This document shows positions 24,101 to 39,100 of a stretch of DNA of 64,000 nt, piece by piece. Under the pieces are notes generated by a model, which worked only from the letters and a program-made list of their open reading frames with translations, had not been told where the DNA came from and ran no database searches. Origin of the DNA: Lytechinus pictus (lineage: Eukaryota); the NCBI RefSeq assembly GCF_037042905.1, contig NC_087251.1, positions 21,702,001-21,766,000 on the forward strand. Reading direction: 5' to 3'. Position 1 is the first letter of the stretch. Every line of letters begins with the position of its first letter. Position numbers and translations under genes: made by a program.

Positions 24101-27100
24101 CTAGAGAGATGGTACTTGTGCTCATAGACAGGGTGGAGTTGGGACTGATGGTCGTCGACGACGAGTTGGACGAGTCACCGCCCTCTTTCAGCAGGATGGT
24201 GTCAAGTTTGCGCTCTAGGGAGTCCTTGGTGTTGAGCTCTGGCTTGTCGGCGAATATGCTACTGAGAAGGGAGATGAAAATGAGCAGGGAAGAATTTCAT
24301 GAAAGATGAACGGTATGTAAGGTAGTGCAAATCCTTGCATATGATAGGCTGAGAGAAAATGAGTCAGTGAACATACTTTCCATGAAAGGCTCCTTTAATG
24401 ACAAGAGGATCAGTTTCAAAAGACAGATCCAAATTGAATTGAAAATAACAAGCAACCTATTATATCTCATTACATAATGGAATTCAAATACAGAAAGAAA
24501 AAAAATCTAACTGAGATAAATCCTTGGCTTGCTAACCCAGAACATAGTCAAAAGGTGCGACACACATCACTCATTAAAAAAAATTAATGAATGAACAAGT
24601 GTGAAAAACAGTGCTTGACAATCAGTGGGTGAAAGCAGTGCCTATGTCCCACTTCTGCTATGCAGGCGAGACAATAAAAACCATGAACTGCATTGCAAAC
24701 TTATCTCTTTTTCAAACATACCTTGACTTGCTTGCCTTGTGCGTGGTGATGAAACTGACCACCCAGTTGACCACACTGACCCGACAGGCAGCCAGGTTGT
24801 TGGTGTAACTAGACCCTACACTATTCATGGTGCTTCGGGCCTGGGGAATTTCTGCAAAGCAATCAGGTAGTAAGAGAGAGAGAAAAAAAATAGCATAAAA
24901 GTTTGATAGAAATTTTCACAGTACACATTAATAGCCAATTTTTATAAAGCGCTTTTCCCAGAATGGCCCAAAGCGCGTTACAGCATATTATTACCCCGGT
25001 CATTGGATTCATTTCAATCCCGCACGAAAAGTGCACAATTTCCACTCCCTGGGGAGCATTCCTTGCATTCATCGCAGCCTCATTATGGCGCTGGCAACTT
25101 CAAACATACAATATCTTTCGCATCCTACCGGGTACCCATTTAGCACCTGGGTCGAGAGTGGCAAAGTGTGGATTAACCCCTTGCCAAAGGACGCTAGACC
25201 GCGGTGGGATTCGAACACACGACCCTCTGTTTACAAGGCGGGAGTCAGAACCACTACACCACGGCTCTTCCACACATTCGAATGTTTCTGGAAGAATGAA
25301 ACAAAATTAGCAAATACAAAACTTTTTTTTCATATACACATGCACTTTGATTATCATAAAACCAGGCCCTCTCTTAAAACTTTATCAAATCAAACCCTAA
25401 CAAGATCACATATGCCCCACTTGCTGTGATCAATAAGCATTTCTGAGTTCTTTGGTGTAAAAAACATTTGTCCAGAATTTTTATAATTTATCGTACAGAA
25501 ACCAATTTGGTCATTGAGACAGAAAGATGGAAAGACAGGGGCATGTAAATATTAGTTTTGAACTGATAATAGATGATAAAAAATACTAGAATATGCCTTC
25601 GTGCATAATAAAATTCCCTAATGACTAAAATCAGACAAATTAGACATTTGTGATTCAAATACAAGTATATCTCCCCTTCTCCAACTGGGCATTGTGGCAT
25701 GCACCTTTAATTCAAGATACATGGAAGTGGGGGGGGGGAGGAATTAATTCAGAGGTTAGTTGTTCAAGCTTTGGCCACTTCTTTCAGGTTGGATGTTGAA
25801 GGTCAGACACAGACATAAACAAACATATCAGAATGATATATATAATTTTCTTTTTAAATCAAATATTTACATATCCCTGATTATCCTAAAATAAGCAAAA
25901 TAATATCCGACTCAAATGTACCCGCAACACCAGTAGTAATTATATCATCCTGATGTTAAATGACCATCCCTGACAAAGATGTTCTGCCCCCGTCATCTCA
26001 CGTAATCCTGTTAGCCTAAAAGAAGTATATATTTATTCAAATGTACCCCAAACCCCATCAATCATATCATCCTGAAGTAAAATGACCACCCCTGATAAAA
26101 ATATTCCACCCCCACCATCCCAAGTAATTGTGTTAGCCTAAAAGAAGTAGATATCTTATTCAAATGTACCCACAACTTCAGTAATTCTAAAATAGGTAAA
26201 ATCATCTCTGATGAAAATGTATCCCCAGCATGTCAAGTAATCCTCTCATCTTGAAAGAAGTAAAATAATAAAGTACCTAGTATTGGACTATAGAGACTGG
26301 TGCTATGAAGAAATTCAGGGAATATATGTGGCAAGTAGAATCTCTTGAAGTTTTCCAGTAGGAAGATAAATGCTTCATCCTTTGTGCTTGCATCAGACCA
26401 TTCCACTCGAGGAACCTACAAGATAAAAACATACATCGTATAATCATTGCCCATTGAATAGCTCTTGCTGGCACAAAAATGCAATTCAGAGAAAAACGCA
26501 TCAAAGTTTTGTCCCGTTTTGAATGGTAAATATGCATCCTTCTTGAGCAATATATCTTTAGGTTTATGTAATCAAGGGAAGGGACTATTTTCAAACTGTT
26601 CATATAACCAATACAACCAAATTTTCAATTAGTGAAAATCTCCAATTATACCACTACACCAGTACACCTTCATCCATTGCTAGTCTCACTTCTAAGACAT
26701 ATGGCCAAATTGAAAGTTTTCATGTAGATACATGCCATATGAGATGTCATATCAGTCATTTTGAAACCTTGATAGTTCTGGTTCTTCCATAAGTACTAAG
26801 CACACTGCATACGTTAACCATCCTATGTCAGGGAAGGGAATCAACTTGGCATATCTAATTAGTGTGAGGTGGGGTACGTATGATGGGGCCAATGTGTGTC
26901 CTCTCTTTACGTACCTGTGTAACTGTGTATTTGAGTAAGCTTTCTAGGAGTAGTTTGGTGAGGTTTTCTGTTGGTTTCTCTCCAGGCTGAGCAGGGACAA
27001 TAGGGTTAATCTCCACCTCTAGTACAGGACCTAGTGAAAAGAGATGGATATAAACAAAGATTGTCTCAATGTGCATTTCAAGGGCAGATATGTCAAACCA

Positions 27101-30100
27101 TAATCAGATACTTGTTCTTGAAATGCATTTCTTTCTTCCTCCTAAGAAAAAGGCACATAATTCTTTCATTTAATTTTTTTATCATTTTGTTATTTACCTA
27201 TCAAATATTTCTTAATTTGGTAATTTGTCCATATATTCACTTATATAATCAATTATTTATATATTGATCACTTTCGCTTTTTTTTTCTTTCACTCATTGA
27301 TATTATGATACTATATGAATATGAATATATATATGAATATTATAATACTATTTTTGTAATTATTATATTTTATATATTGTTCTTTGTATACCAACAGCCG
27401 GGATATGATTTTTATGCCAATGTAATTTTATTTTATTTGAGCTTGACAATAAAATTTGAATATCTGAATATGTTTATACATGTACCGGTATCCTCATTGA
27501 ATAATTCATTCTCTAAACAGAGAAACATATATGTAGAACTACTTACATCAAGTTATGTGAATTGATAGGGGCTTGACCGTTGAACAAAGCTTTCCAATAT
27601 TGTTGGATTATATGGTTTGCTTGATATTTTGACTGCATAGCAACACTGATGTTTGCTTATAAAATTCAAAGTGATATAATATACATATATGCCTATATGC
27701 AGGTATCATAACATGGTTAATCAGATATTTTTCGCACTAGTAGTAAATCATTAGTAATGCAAAATCCATAAGTGCAACAACTGTTCCAATCCTCACTGTC
27801 TGTATACTGGATTATGGTTTGACATAATTCAGTAGGTTTAGGATATAGGATTAGGATGTTCTACTTCTTTAATCCATATTATGTAGAATGTAGATTAACC
27901 TATTTTACCCAATTCCACAGGCTTTGACTGGAACCACACAATTCCCATAGGCTTTTAATAATAGTAGCCCTATACTATCAAATTAGATTTAGAGTATTGT
28001 AAACCATATTTCCATAGGTCGTTTTATTTCATGATCAGCCCAACTTTTTTTTTCAATTTGTTGATGCTGAAAAACATCTTCATTTGCATCGTGACATCCA
28101 TCCTGCTTTCCTAATCTGCATATTGCAAGATTTACAATAACTTCCTGCCATTATTTCACTCTTCACCCTTTTCTCATAAAATTCCTTGAGTGTCCAATAT
28201 TTGTAAGCTACATTTTGTAGCATATACTTATTTTGGAATTGATCTTATTATCTCATGACCAACATATTTCCATTTTGGGGGTTAAATTTTACATGTATGT
28301 ATGCATGTCAGGGTTAGCAAACATCATTTCCAGCCCTTTCCCTAACTCCACATTATTCATTCCCATGGCTCTGTGCTATGATCTCAATTTCAGAATCGGC
28401 CAGTAATGTATGCAATTACATGATGTACAATTTCTCATTTGGTAGAGAAGTAGTCTTGTAACTCAGCAAACCAGGTTTGAAACCAAGTCAATGCAGCTAT
28501 AGTAATTCTTATTACCCATTCTTACTGTGAGGATCTTTAAAAGCCGTGTGTCTTGTACAATACATGTAGTATAAGAGCCTTCTCCCATAAAAGAAAAATA
28601 CAAAACAGTGGCAGATCCAGCCAGTTAGATACAGGACCATCCCATGGGCCAAACTATTTGTGCAGAATGCTGAGCCCTTCCAAATTATTGTTTCAAAGCC
28701 AGATAGATCTGCCCCAGACTAGGCCACACTTACTGTCAAGGTTAGGTGATGTCTTGGAGTTGTGTGTCATGACATGCTCAAGGCTACTACCATAGATCCC
28801 TGAAGGAACCGGGAATCCCGGAACTAAGGTTGCATACATCAGGTAACATTCCTCTGAAGCATTCTCCTGCAGGATCTGGAACCAGAGGAGAAACAGTCTC
28901 ATCCCATCCATCCGATGCTGCAGGAAAGAAAATATGAAGATAATTGTGCTTCCTTTTCTTTATCTTCCTCCTTCTCCCATACCCAACCCTTTACCTTGCT
29001 GCTTTTTCATCTTTCTTTTCAAACTCCCATCCCCCCTCTTCCCCATTTTTAAACTTTCCTCTCCCGCTCTTCTCCATCTTTTCTACCCTACCCTACCCTC
29101 CCCTCCTTCTGTCTCCCTCTTTCGCCTCCCTCAATCTACCCAGTATATTTTCACTCCTTCCCCTCAATCCCACCCCCTCTCTATCCTCGTCCTAGCTCTT
29201 CCTCATTTCCCCTCCTCTCTATCTATCCCTTTTCCTCTTACTATCTCTCCATCTTCTCTCAATTAATCTTCTCTCTCCTCCTAGATCCTCATCAGCTCCA
29301 CTTCTATCCTCTCCTCTCCCTCCATATGTTTTTCTCCACTCCCTCCTCCCTTCCATCTAGAGTCTATCTACATGTAGATGTATGTACATGTATGTCAATT
29401 ATCTCTCCCATCCTTCCATCCCACCTCCCTCAATCTTCTACCCCCCTCTCTCCTTACATCCTTTTCAGTCATTTCCTTGGTTCACTTCCCTCTCTTCTCC
29501 CTCATATTCTTCTCTTCATCACTACCTACCCCTTTCCTTACCCTCTACTTCCACCTCTCTCACCCCCCCCCCTATCCCTCCATCTCCACTCCCTCTTTCC
29601 ATTTACTTCATAAATTACTCCACTCTTCCATCCCTCTTTTTCTATTTTATCCATTTTGAGATGTTTACATGGTGACACTTAACTATGTATGCCACATTAA
29701 ATTACCTTCAATCCATTGCCAACATGAAGAAGTTTCTGCATAACCCGTCCTGCAAATTTAGAGAAAAAAAATAACCAAATATTGTTCTATAAATGCCATT
29801 TTTAGAATGAATTAATCATTAACACCATTAAATGCCTGAATTCACTCAAAAGGAATGTTGCAACACCCTTATGTACATGTACTCCAGTATGCTGTGTACA
29901 GTGTAAATGTAAATGCAATTCTCATACTGTACATGTAGTACAGTAACACACAAAAACTTCACAACAAATTGAATCAATATTTTGTTTAAATTTTCAAATA
30001 AGAAAAAGAGAAATGGGATCCACATCTGTCATTGCAAGCACCAACATGAGGTGTATACAAAGTAAAGATACATAAATGTAGGTTCTGAAAACTGTGTTAC

Positions 30101-33100
30101 AAACAATGCTTTACCAGAGTCTAAACAATGTTAAAGAACTAATCTACAAAGAGATACAATTGATCCAATCAACCACAACTATGGAAAGCCGGCAACTTCA
30201 ACAACATTTCAGTCTTGTACCATGATCAGACAATTATTTCAATTTCTTGTACAAGCAAGATTACAGACATTATGAGATGCAAATTTGTCTAACCTATTTT
30301 ATCAAATGAAAAGACGAAAACAACAAATTAAAACTGATTAATAGTACAAATGACAACAATCAGTGTCAATAATTATATCTTCTTTTGATAAACAAATACA
30401 GTTTACATGTTCATGCGTGACCGAGAACATACATACGTACATGTAACATTTTAACGGTGTACATGTATATTCATGTGGTTTTTTTTCATATCAATTGTTT
30501 ATTAATACTGTATTGTTTCTTTTTATACAATAATCAAGAGATCAAACCCTTCCCAATTCTCCATCAAATTCAATACTTGCCTACTGTAATCTAGAAAAAG
30601 AGAAATTCAACAATAAGACACATTATTCATTAATTAGATGGATGCCATGAAATTCATTGAAATTGATCATTTTCTCCTGTTTCATGATACCAATATATAT
30701 TACACATGTAGACATGCCTTGCTAGGAATGAACAAAACAAAACTGACAATATCTCTCTGACATAAAATTATACAGGATACCTGGGCCTGCCTTACAAAGA
30801 GTTGTGACTGATTCATTCAACCAAAACTATGGAAAGCCAGCAACGTCTAAACTGCATGTTTGTTCAAAATATTTATACATGTATGTGCATTCACTTTTTT
30901 TTTCTTAAAAAAAATTCAGTGTACTTCTCTCTGTTGTGCAAATTTCCTGTCGAAAAAATTATGATATTGATGGATTTCCATATTAAAGGTTGATTGGATC
31001 AATTGTAACTCTTTGTACGACAGGGCCCTACATGTAGTATCTTTCATAACTAATCATACAACATACACAAACCAAACCATACATTTTATATGTACATGTA
31101 CATCCGTACAATATTGCCATAGCATTAATCTCAAGTGCCATCAAGTGTAAATAGAAGCCGGCTAGCTGGTCATACCAGTGAGTGACCTGGGTTCCACAGC
31201 ATGCCTTCTAGCGTGTGATAGAGCCAGTATTCTCAAGAAACAGTGGGTTATCATCATTCATTAACATAGATCTAGCAATACAAGATACAGGCAGGTGTGC
31301 AACCAATACCCTGTACATGTATACATGTATATCAAGCATAGTGTACACCTTCTACATGTAGCCTAGTTACACGGGAGATTAAGCCATACCCGAGAACTCA
31401 TACAACTCAAACCAAACATACAAAAATGCAATATTTAGAAAAGGCCATATATATTCTTCCATTTTCAATTGCATTATTATCTGAATCAAAGTTGCTGTTT
31501 ACATGTAGGGGCACAGTCAAATTTCTATATATTTATCAAACTCAAAGACATTCCTTATCAATATTCAAATGTTTTCTTCAGATGTTTTTTTATTTAAAAA
31601 AAATATGTCGGTTTGAAGAATAATGCTTATAAGTAAAATAGATATCCAGTGTTATGAATAGGCAGAGATGAGTAAAATACTTTAGGTTGATGATCAATAA
31701 ATGAATCTTAATTTCATAACATTTTCATTTCAACTTTCTTTTATTATTCAGGCTGGATTACCCTTCACTGTGAATCCAGGGGGCCATTTCATAAAGCTGT
31801 TCGTAAGTTAAGAGCGACTTTAAGAACGACTGGTGAACCTTTCTTACGTGCTTAACTATCGCCAATGGTGTATAGCATTTACCAAAAGATAGGATCACCG
31901 GTCGTTCTTACAGTCGCTCTTATCTTACGAACAGCTTTATGAAACACACACCTGGAACATTTCCCTGATATGACTGATGGAATTCATAAAAAGCATCTTT
32001 AATTTTAAGTCCCATAACCCTTTGTGACCAATCCCCCCCCCCCCCTTTCATTGTGAAGGATGCCATCAGCGAATGAAAAAAATGGATTGAGTTCATTGAA
32101 AGTACTTTATTCTTTTAATTTTCACCCCCCCCCCCCCCATTCAAATCTGACATTACTATAATTACATCTACATTGCACATGATCATGTCTGCATAATCAA
32201 AATAGCAAAGATTCTATCAGACAATGCCTGAACACCATAACAGTTTATTGTATTGCATGATATATTGATTTCCAAAAGGCTTGTCATATCTTTGAATGCA
32301 GATGTGGTGACCCTTAAGATTAAACGAGACACCTGAGGGGATCTGATAAGAGAGTGGGCGTCTACAAAATACATGTATAGCTCTAGTAAATATGAACAAA
32401 AAATGAGTTTTTTTTTCAAAATATTGAACACCCGATCATGCGAGACCAAAGATCAACTAGGTTTCAAGAAAAGATTCTAAGATTTAGCAGCCCTGGGGAG
32501 CCTTTCATCAAGATATTTGTCCGACAAGTCAGATCTGACAACTTTCCTTAATTTTGATTGGCCATGAACCACCTTTAGTATGGTAACTGTCAGATAAAAC
32601 TGGACTTGTCGGACGTTTTGTCTGGACAAGCCCTTTAATGAAACACTCCCCTGGACAAAAATCATCTTGAAAACAAGATTTACAAAACATGTAAAGAAGG
32701 GACAGGAATTAGTTCTAAGAATAAACAAAATATACATGTAGGCAGGGTAGGAAATAAATGGAGGTGTGCATGTAGGCCTACATGTAATAGTATTTTACCA
32801 CTGGATTAAAGACCAAACTTTTCATCCACCTCAAATGTTGCTACATGTATGTACGTACAGCAAAGTGCAAAAAGGGGAAATTTTTCACATACATGTGTAA
32901 ATTAAGAGAACTACAGTAACTATAAGTAAGCCAACACCTTGAGGTGAAAATGACATTAAAAAATTAGGTTCCATTTTGCATAGCAGCTTCAGCGATCCAG
33001 GCACAACAGAATTTGAGTACATACCCTAAATGTATACCCCCACCCCTTTGCCAAATTTGAAAACTCACAAATTGAGGGGTGTGTGCCCTTTCGATTAAAA

Positions 33101-36100
33101 AAACCCATCTCAAATGAATTCATACTGGTAAGTTTTACATTCTGAAGAGTTAAAGAGCGTATATGTATGATAAATGGAGTCATCATTCATGTCTGTCTAC
33201 TACACATGGGTTGATGTGTCAACAGAATTCTGATTCATTCTTGATATATTTAGATGTGCCGACATTCCTAGAGCTGCTAAATAGCAGCAAAAACATGACA
33301 CATTCTTGAATTAGTCAGACTAAAAGTCATCACTGACTTCCAGTCAAATCCCACTCAAGATGTTAATTTTCTTCCATTCCTGAATACTGGTATGTATTGC
33401 ATTTCAACACAGGTGATAACCAGTAATTATGTACCAGCAAAGAATATGCTGCGGTCAGATTTACAAGGAGTTCCCTTTCTGAACATACACTTGTAAAATA
33501 GTAATAATCAAAATAAATACATTATACATGTACGTACATGTATGACCCCTCGGCCATCTTCCAAAATATCTCATTTGGAATGGAAGGCAAAAATCATTTT
33601 ACTCTCTGAGAGAACTAGGACTTCCATGATATAAACTTTTTCATGCAAGGTTAAAATGAAGTTCTCTCATTCCTAAGACTTTTCAAGAGGCTTGATAAAT
33701 ATATGATGTATCAAAGATACATGTACATTTGTACTCCAGTACATGACTGCAAAATGCAAATACATACAGGGTATGAAAGAGAAACTTGCATGTATCATGA
33801 ACATTTACAGTACCTAGTTTCTAGAGTTTCCACATTTACATGTATTTGTCATGTTAGGTGTATAGATATATGATCATAGAGAATGCCTGCATAATTTCCT
33901 AATTGTTTTTTTAACATTTTTTTTCATTCATGGGGGAAATTGTATTTCATAATGCATCTTTGTGTCTCTATGTCTACATGTATCTCCCCTCCCCCTCTCA
34001 CTCTCTCTCTGTCCTTCATTTGTTTCATACTAAATTAGAAGTCTTCTCCATTTCCCTTCCCTCAACCTTTTTATTCATTTTTTTGGGGGGAAAGGAGTGG
34101 GTGGGAGAGGGAAAGAGGCACATTATATTCTTCTTCACTCACCTATACTGTGGAACTGCCATCTGGAGTGAATCAACTCTGGTAAAAACAGGAAGATTTT
34201 CTGAAAGATAAAATACAAAACTTTATCTACAAAAAGAAAAAGAAAGTAGTTCACAGGCCAATGTAAAAATCAAAAGGTCAAAACATGCATAGATAAACAG
34301 GTCCATTCCTTGAAGCACTCACATCTGTAGAGGAATGATTTTTGGAAGGATGAGGCTGTAAACACTGTCAATTCAACAAGCTAGTGAAACTTTTGGTAGT
34401 GGGAAGTTCACCCTGACAAAAAGTTTAATTGTAAAAATAACAAAAAAATGATAAAGATATTGCTGAAGGTTCAAGGAAAATCTATTAAAGAATTAAAAAA
34501 GTTACTAAAATTATAATAATTTGATTTGTGACATCATATGCAAGCAGCTTTCCTACGTATTGTATGGTAAACAATCAATGAAATGTCATTTAAAAAAAAA
34601 ATGAAAATGGGTTTTACTGTACCTTCAGTATATCAATAGATAAATCATTTCATGACTATTCCTAAACAAAAAGAAGAAAACAAGGTGGTTCACGAACCAC
34701 AAGTCTTGCCTGATTTCGTGATAATTACAACATGCAATGATTTTTTGACCCCTAGTTGACCTTTGACCTTATCATCCTCAAAAACACACGAGTGGTATCC
34801 ACCAAAAGATCATTTGTACCGATCAATGAACACAATTGATGCAGATATATAAAGAAATGAGAGCAAGGTGAACAAAAACTTGAAAAAAGGATGGAAAGGA
34901 CCTCATATCATTTGACTTTAACCCCTACTGTACATGTAGATGACTTTTGACACTATTATCCTCATGGACACAAATGTGGTTTTACCCAAGGATCATATAT
35001 ATGTACATGTATGTACCTGGCTGTAGTACCAAGTGTGAACATAATTAATGTAGAATAAAGAAATGAGACCAAATTGGAAAAAAACTTGACCTTTTCTCAA
35101 CAACATACATGTGGTATTACCAAATGATCACTTCAAACAAGTGTGATAAAAATGTATGCAGAAATAAAGAAATGAGAGCAAGTTGAACTAAAACTTCAAA
35201 AAAGGATGAACATGACCTCATATCATTTGACCTTTTGACCCCTAAATGACCTTTGACCCCATCATTCTCAAAGGGTCACATATGGTAATACCCAAGGATC
35301 ATATGTACCAAGTGTGAACATAATTGATGCAAAAATTAAGAAATGAGAGCAAGTTGAACAAAAACTTCTTTAACATTTTCGAACCATGGACCTGAGAGTA
35401 CATGTAGTACATACATTGTAGGTCCATGTTCGAACAGACCAACGGACTATAAAGCTGACCAACGGACCAACAGCAAAAGTGATTACTAGGTCTCTTCATT
35501 CAGGACAGAAAAAAAATCAACATGAACCATTAGAAAAAATTGAAATATTTGCATTTTACATGTATATTACATAACAAAACATATGGGGAAGCTGCTTGCA
35601 TATGACATCACAAATCCAAAACTTAAAATTCTAATCACTTTTTTAATCTTTAATGGATTTTTTCTAAAACCTTCACCAATATTTTTTCTGCTATTTTTAC
35701 AACAAATTTTTCTTTAGGGCAAACTTCCCCTTAATAGGTAGGTACATATGTCGGAATTAATTCCTTGAATACTCTAGCACCTGATCAGAGTAGCCATGTT
35801 ACATGTACACATGTAAATCCAGGGTAAAGTGTGCAGCATCATAAATAAAAACATTGCATTTCTAAATATAATAGCACTAGAGGTGCTTTTCATTGCATTT
35901 ACTAAAAAGTAAAGCATTTGTAGATTTTTGAAAGCTTCCTTGAAAAATATTTAAGTGAATTAATAATTAACCATATACTGACCATGTCTAGTCTATACAT
36001 GTTCTTGAATATTCTTGATTGAAAATTTGCCTGATTTCTTATGAACAATCATAATAGTTTGAAGGTAAATATGAACTCAATGAGTGTCTGCTCCAGAATA

Positions 36101-39100
36101 TGTCTCCAAACCAGCATGTGTGGATACAGTCTTTGACAGAGGGTGGCAACCCACAAGGGAAATACATGTACCTTTTCTTCTATAATTCTGTGACAAGGTT
36201 ATCACTCCAATCACAACCCCACCCATTGATAGCATCCACAAAAACATTTTTTTTATTATTCTATCAACACCATAATACTGTACATATAGTTGAGATTATA
36301 TACATTTATACAATGTTGTAAATAACTGCAGTGATCAGGGAATAATCATAGTGTCCTCCATTGAATGCTTACATGATGTAGAGAGATTATTTCAGAAGCA
36401 TGTAATACATGTATATTCATAACGTACATGTACAGTTCTCTGTACTGCAGTCCATGTGAACATGAATAATCAGGTTATCAAGCTTTACCAGGTCTGTTGG
36501 AGGATTAGGCCCACATTTGTTTACATTATGTTCCAGAATATGTGAAGGTCTAATTTATTGAGCATAAATCTATCCAGATCCAAACCACAACATCTATCCC
36601 AACATCTATCTCTCTCTTTCCCTCACTCTCTTTCTTCCTCCAAACATATTTGTCTATCTTTCTCTCATTCTTTTTCTCTCTACCCCCCCCCCCCCCTCTC
36701 CACACACCCTCTCTCTCCCTCCCTCTTTCTCCCTTTCTACCTACAATACATTGTATTATGTTCAACTTGAACCCCCGCGGGGGCCACTTCCATTGACGGG
36801 TGGATATCATTCACGACCATAGGGTATCGAAAAGCACCCTAAACAAGTATTTTCCATATTCTGAAAATGCACCCCTTATAAGTATTGGCGTGTGAAACCC
36901 TACCCTTAAAGGTCAAGTCCACCCCAGGAAAATTATGACTTGAATAAATAGAGAAAAATCAAACTAGCATAGTGCTGAAAATTTCATCAAAATCGGATGT
37001 AAAATAAGAAAGTTATGACATTTTAAGGTCGCTTATTTTTCACAAAACAGTTATACATATGCACAACTCAGTAACATGCAAATGAGAGAGTCCATGATGT
37101 CCATCACTCACTATTTCTTTTATTTTTTATTGTTTCAATTATACAATATTTCAATTTTCACCAATTTGACATTAAGGACCAACTTAACTGAGCCATAAGA
37201 TGTTATAACAATGGTAATACCACATTTTCAGGGAGGAATAAAACTTTGTCTCACAGGACAATGAGGAGAAAATTAGAATAATTCATATTTCATATAATAA
37301 AATACAAAAGAAATAGTGAGTGAGTGATGTCATCAGTTCCCTCATTTGCATACCGAACAGGATGTGCATATAACTGTTTTGTGAAATTAAGCGAAACTTT
37401 AAAATGTCATAACTTTCTTATTTTACATCTGATTTTGATGAAATTGTTGGTGTTATACTTGTTGGATTTTTCTCTTATTATTCAAATCAACTTTTTGCTG
37501 GGGTGGACTTGTCCTTTAACAAGTATTGGAAACAAAACGATACCCTTGACAAGTATTCCCTAAAATGAACCCCTAAACACGTACAGCGATATTTTAGTTA
37601 TGTCACAGACGTCGATTTTACCTTTGGTATCCGGCCCAACCTCCCACACCTCACACAAATCGGACCCTAAACATGAAGTGTTGACGGGGCAAAAATTAGA
37701 TCCTTTATAAAACATTTTAGTCTTTTTTTATACCCTCGCAAATTTGACCCTAAACACGTAGCTTTCCTAGCGAAATAGATACCCTTATTTCATTATTTTA
37801 GTGTTTTTGACACCCTTATTACGTTACGTACGTAACGTGCCCTATCTTAAAAAAGACATCTTTTTACATGTTTTTTTGGTGGCGCAAAGTATCAACTCGT
37901 CAATGTAAGTGGCCCCCCCGGGCTTGAACCCTCATTCACACCTGATTGAAGTAGAAGAACTACTGAAACTCCCCCCCCCCCAATCCATGTCGCAATATTT
38001 ACCATTTACATGTACATTAACATTTACTTTGTTATTGGCTTTCTTTAAAGAGAGTTAATAAAAGATTACTTTGTCTTACCAATGTAAAGTACATGAACTG
38101 GTTTGAGTCAAGCACCATTATGTCATTACCCCACACATGGATCCTACATTCTATACTAGGACATAAAAGAGGAGGTGCGATAACTCATTCAGTAGAGCGG
38201 GGGATTCCGATCTCATTGACCCGGGCTCGATTCCCACTTGGTGCTCTAGTGCCCTTTGGTAAGGCATTTATTCTCATTACAGGTCCCTCGGGAGAGGACC
38301 TTAAGCAGTTGGTCCTCTGGTTGCTTGCTTGTAAGTATTCAAGCTTTCTTAGCAATCAAGTAAAAAAACATCTCTTTAAAATAATCTTGAGAATAACCAT
38401 GCAAGGCAAAGAGAGCCCCTTGCAATGACCATCTTCTTCTATTAAATAAAACCACTACAGTATGATGCTTAGAAAAGTGAAATTAAAACACCTTACACTT
38501 GGGAAGCCATTTTCTTTATCTTTAAAAGAAGTAAGGAAGCAATGTATACGTCTAAGATCCCTGCGGGTGGGAGACAGGTCTTCCTCCCATCATGAGCAGA
38601 GTCTATGCCACTATGCTTTTCATTTACCAGTAACTGTGACAGGTACATGTCCCCAAGTACCTATATACTGAAACAGAGGTATCATTCAGACCTGCAGAGC
38701 ATCCACACTGTAATTTGGCTAAATAGTGTGTGTATCCATCTGTCTTTTTACGTCCACTTTTCCCTATGACCGCTCCGCGCAGAATTACTTTGAAATTTAG
38801 ATCATTCCGAGTTTACCTGATAACCTTTTCAACATCATACTCTTGTAATACAGCCTAAACATGTTGAGTTTGAGACCTACTTCTGGGGACATTTTCTTAC
38901 ATTTTACCAACCAACCGGGAAGACCTCAGTTGAGATATATTAAATCAATTCCTCACTTCATTTTATCCCGATTCAAAATCAACCAGGGACATCCTCAGTT
39001 GAGATAACCATGCAAACATTCCTCATTTCAACCCGTTTCACATAGAATACTCATGATTTGTAAAAAGATCCTGTTCTGCCGATTAAAACTAAAGTTGTGT

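Noticed and set aside
25195..25270. tRNA gene (also 38168-38240)
   Set aside because: A/B boxes are followed by a SINE core and tail, and I see no convincing acceptor stem; these are SINE heads.
28934..29675. P/S/L/F-rich plus-strand ORFs
   Set aside because: CT-rich intron 4 tract, open in several frames by composition.
38497..38530. possible alternative start exon ATGGCTTCCCAAGT|gtaagg in intron 2
   Set aside because: 14 coding nt give phase 2, incompatible with the phase-0 acceptor of exon 3.
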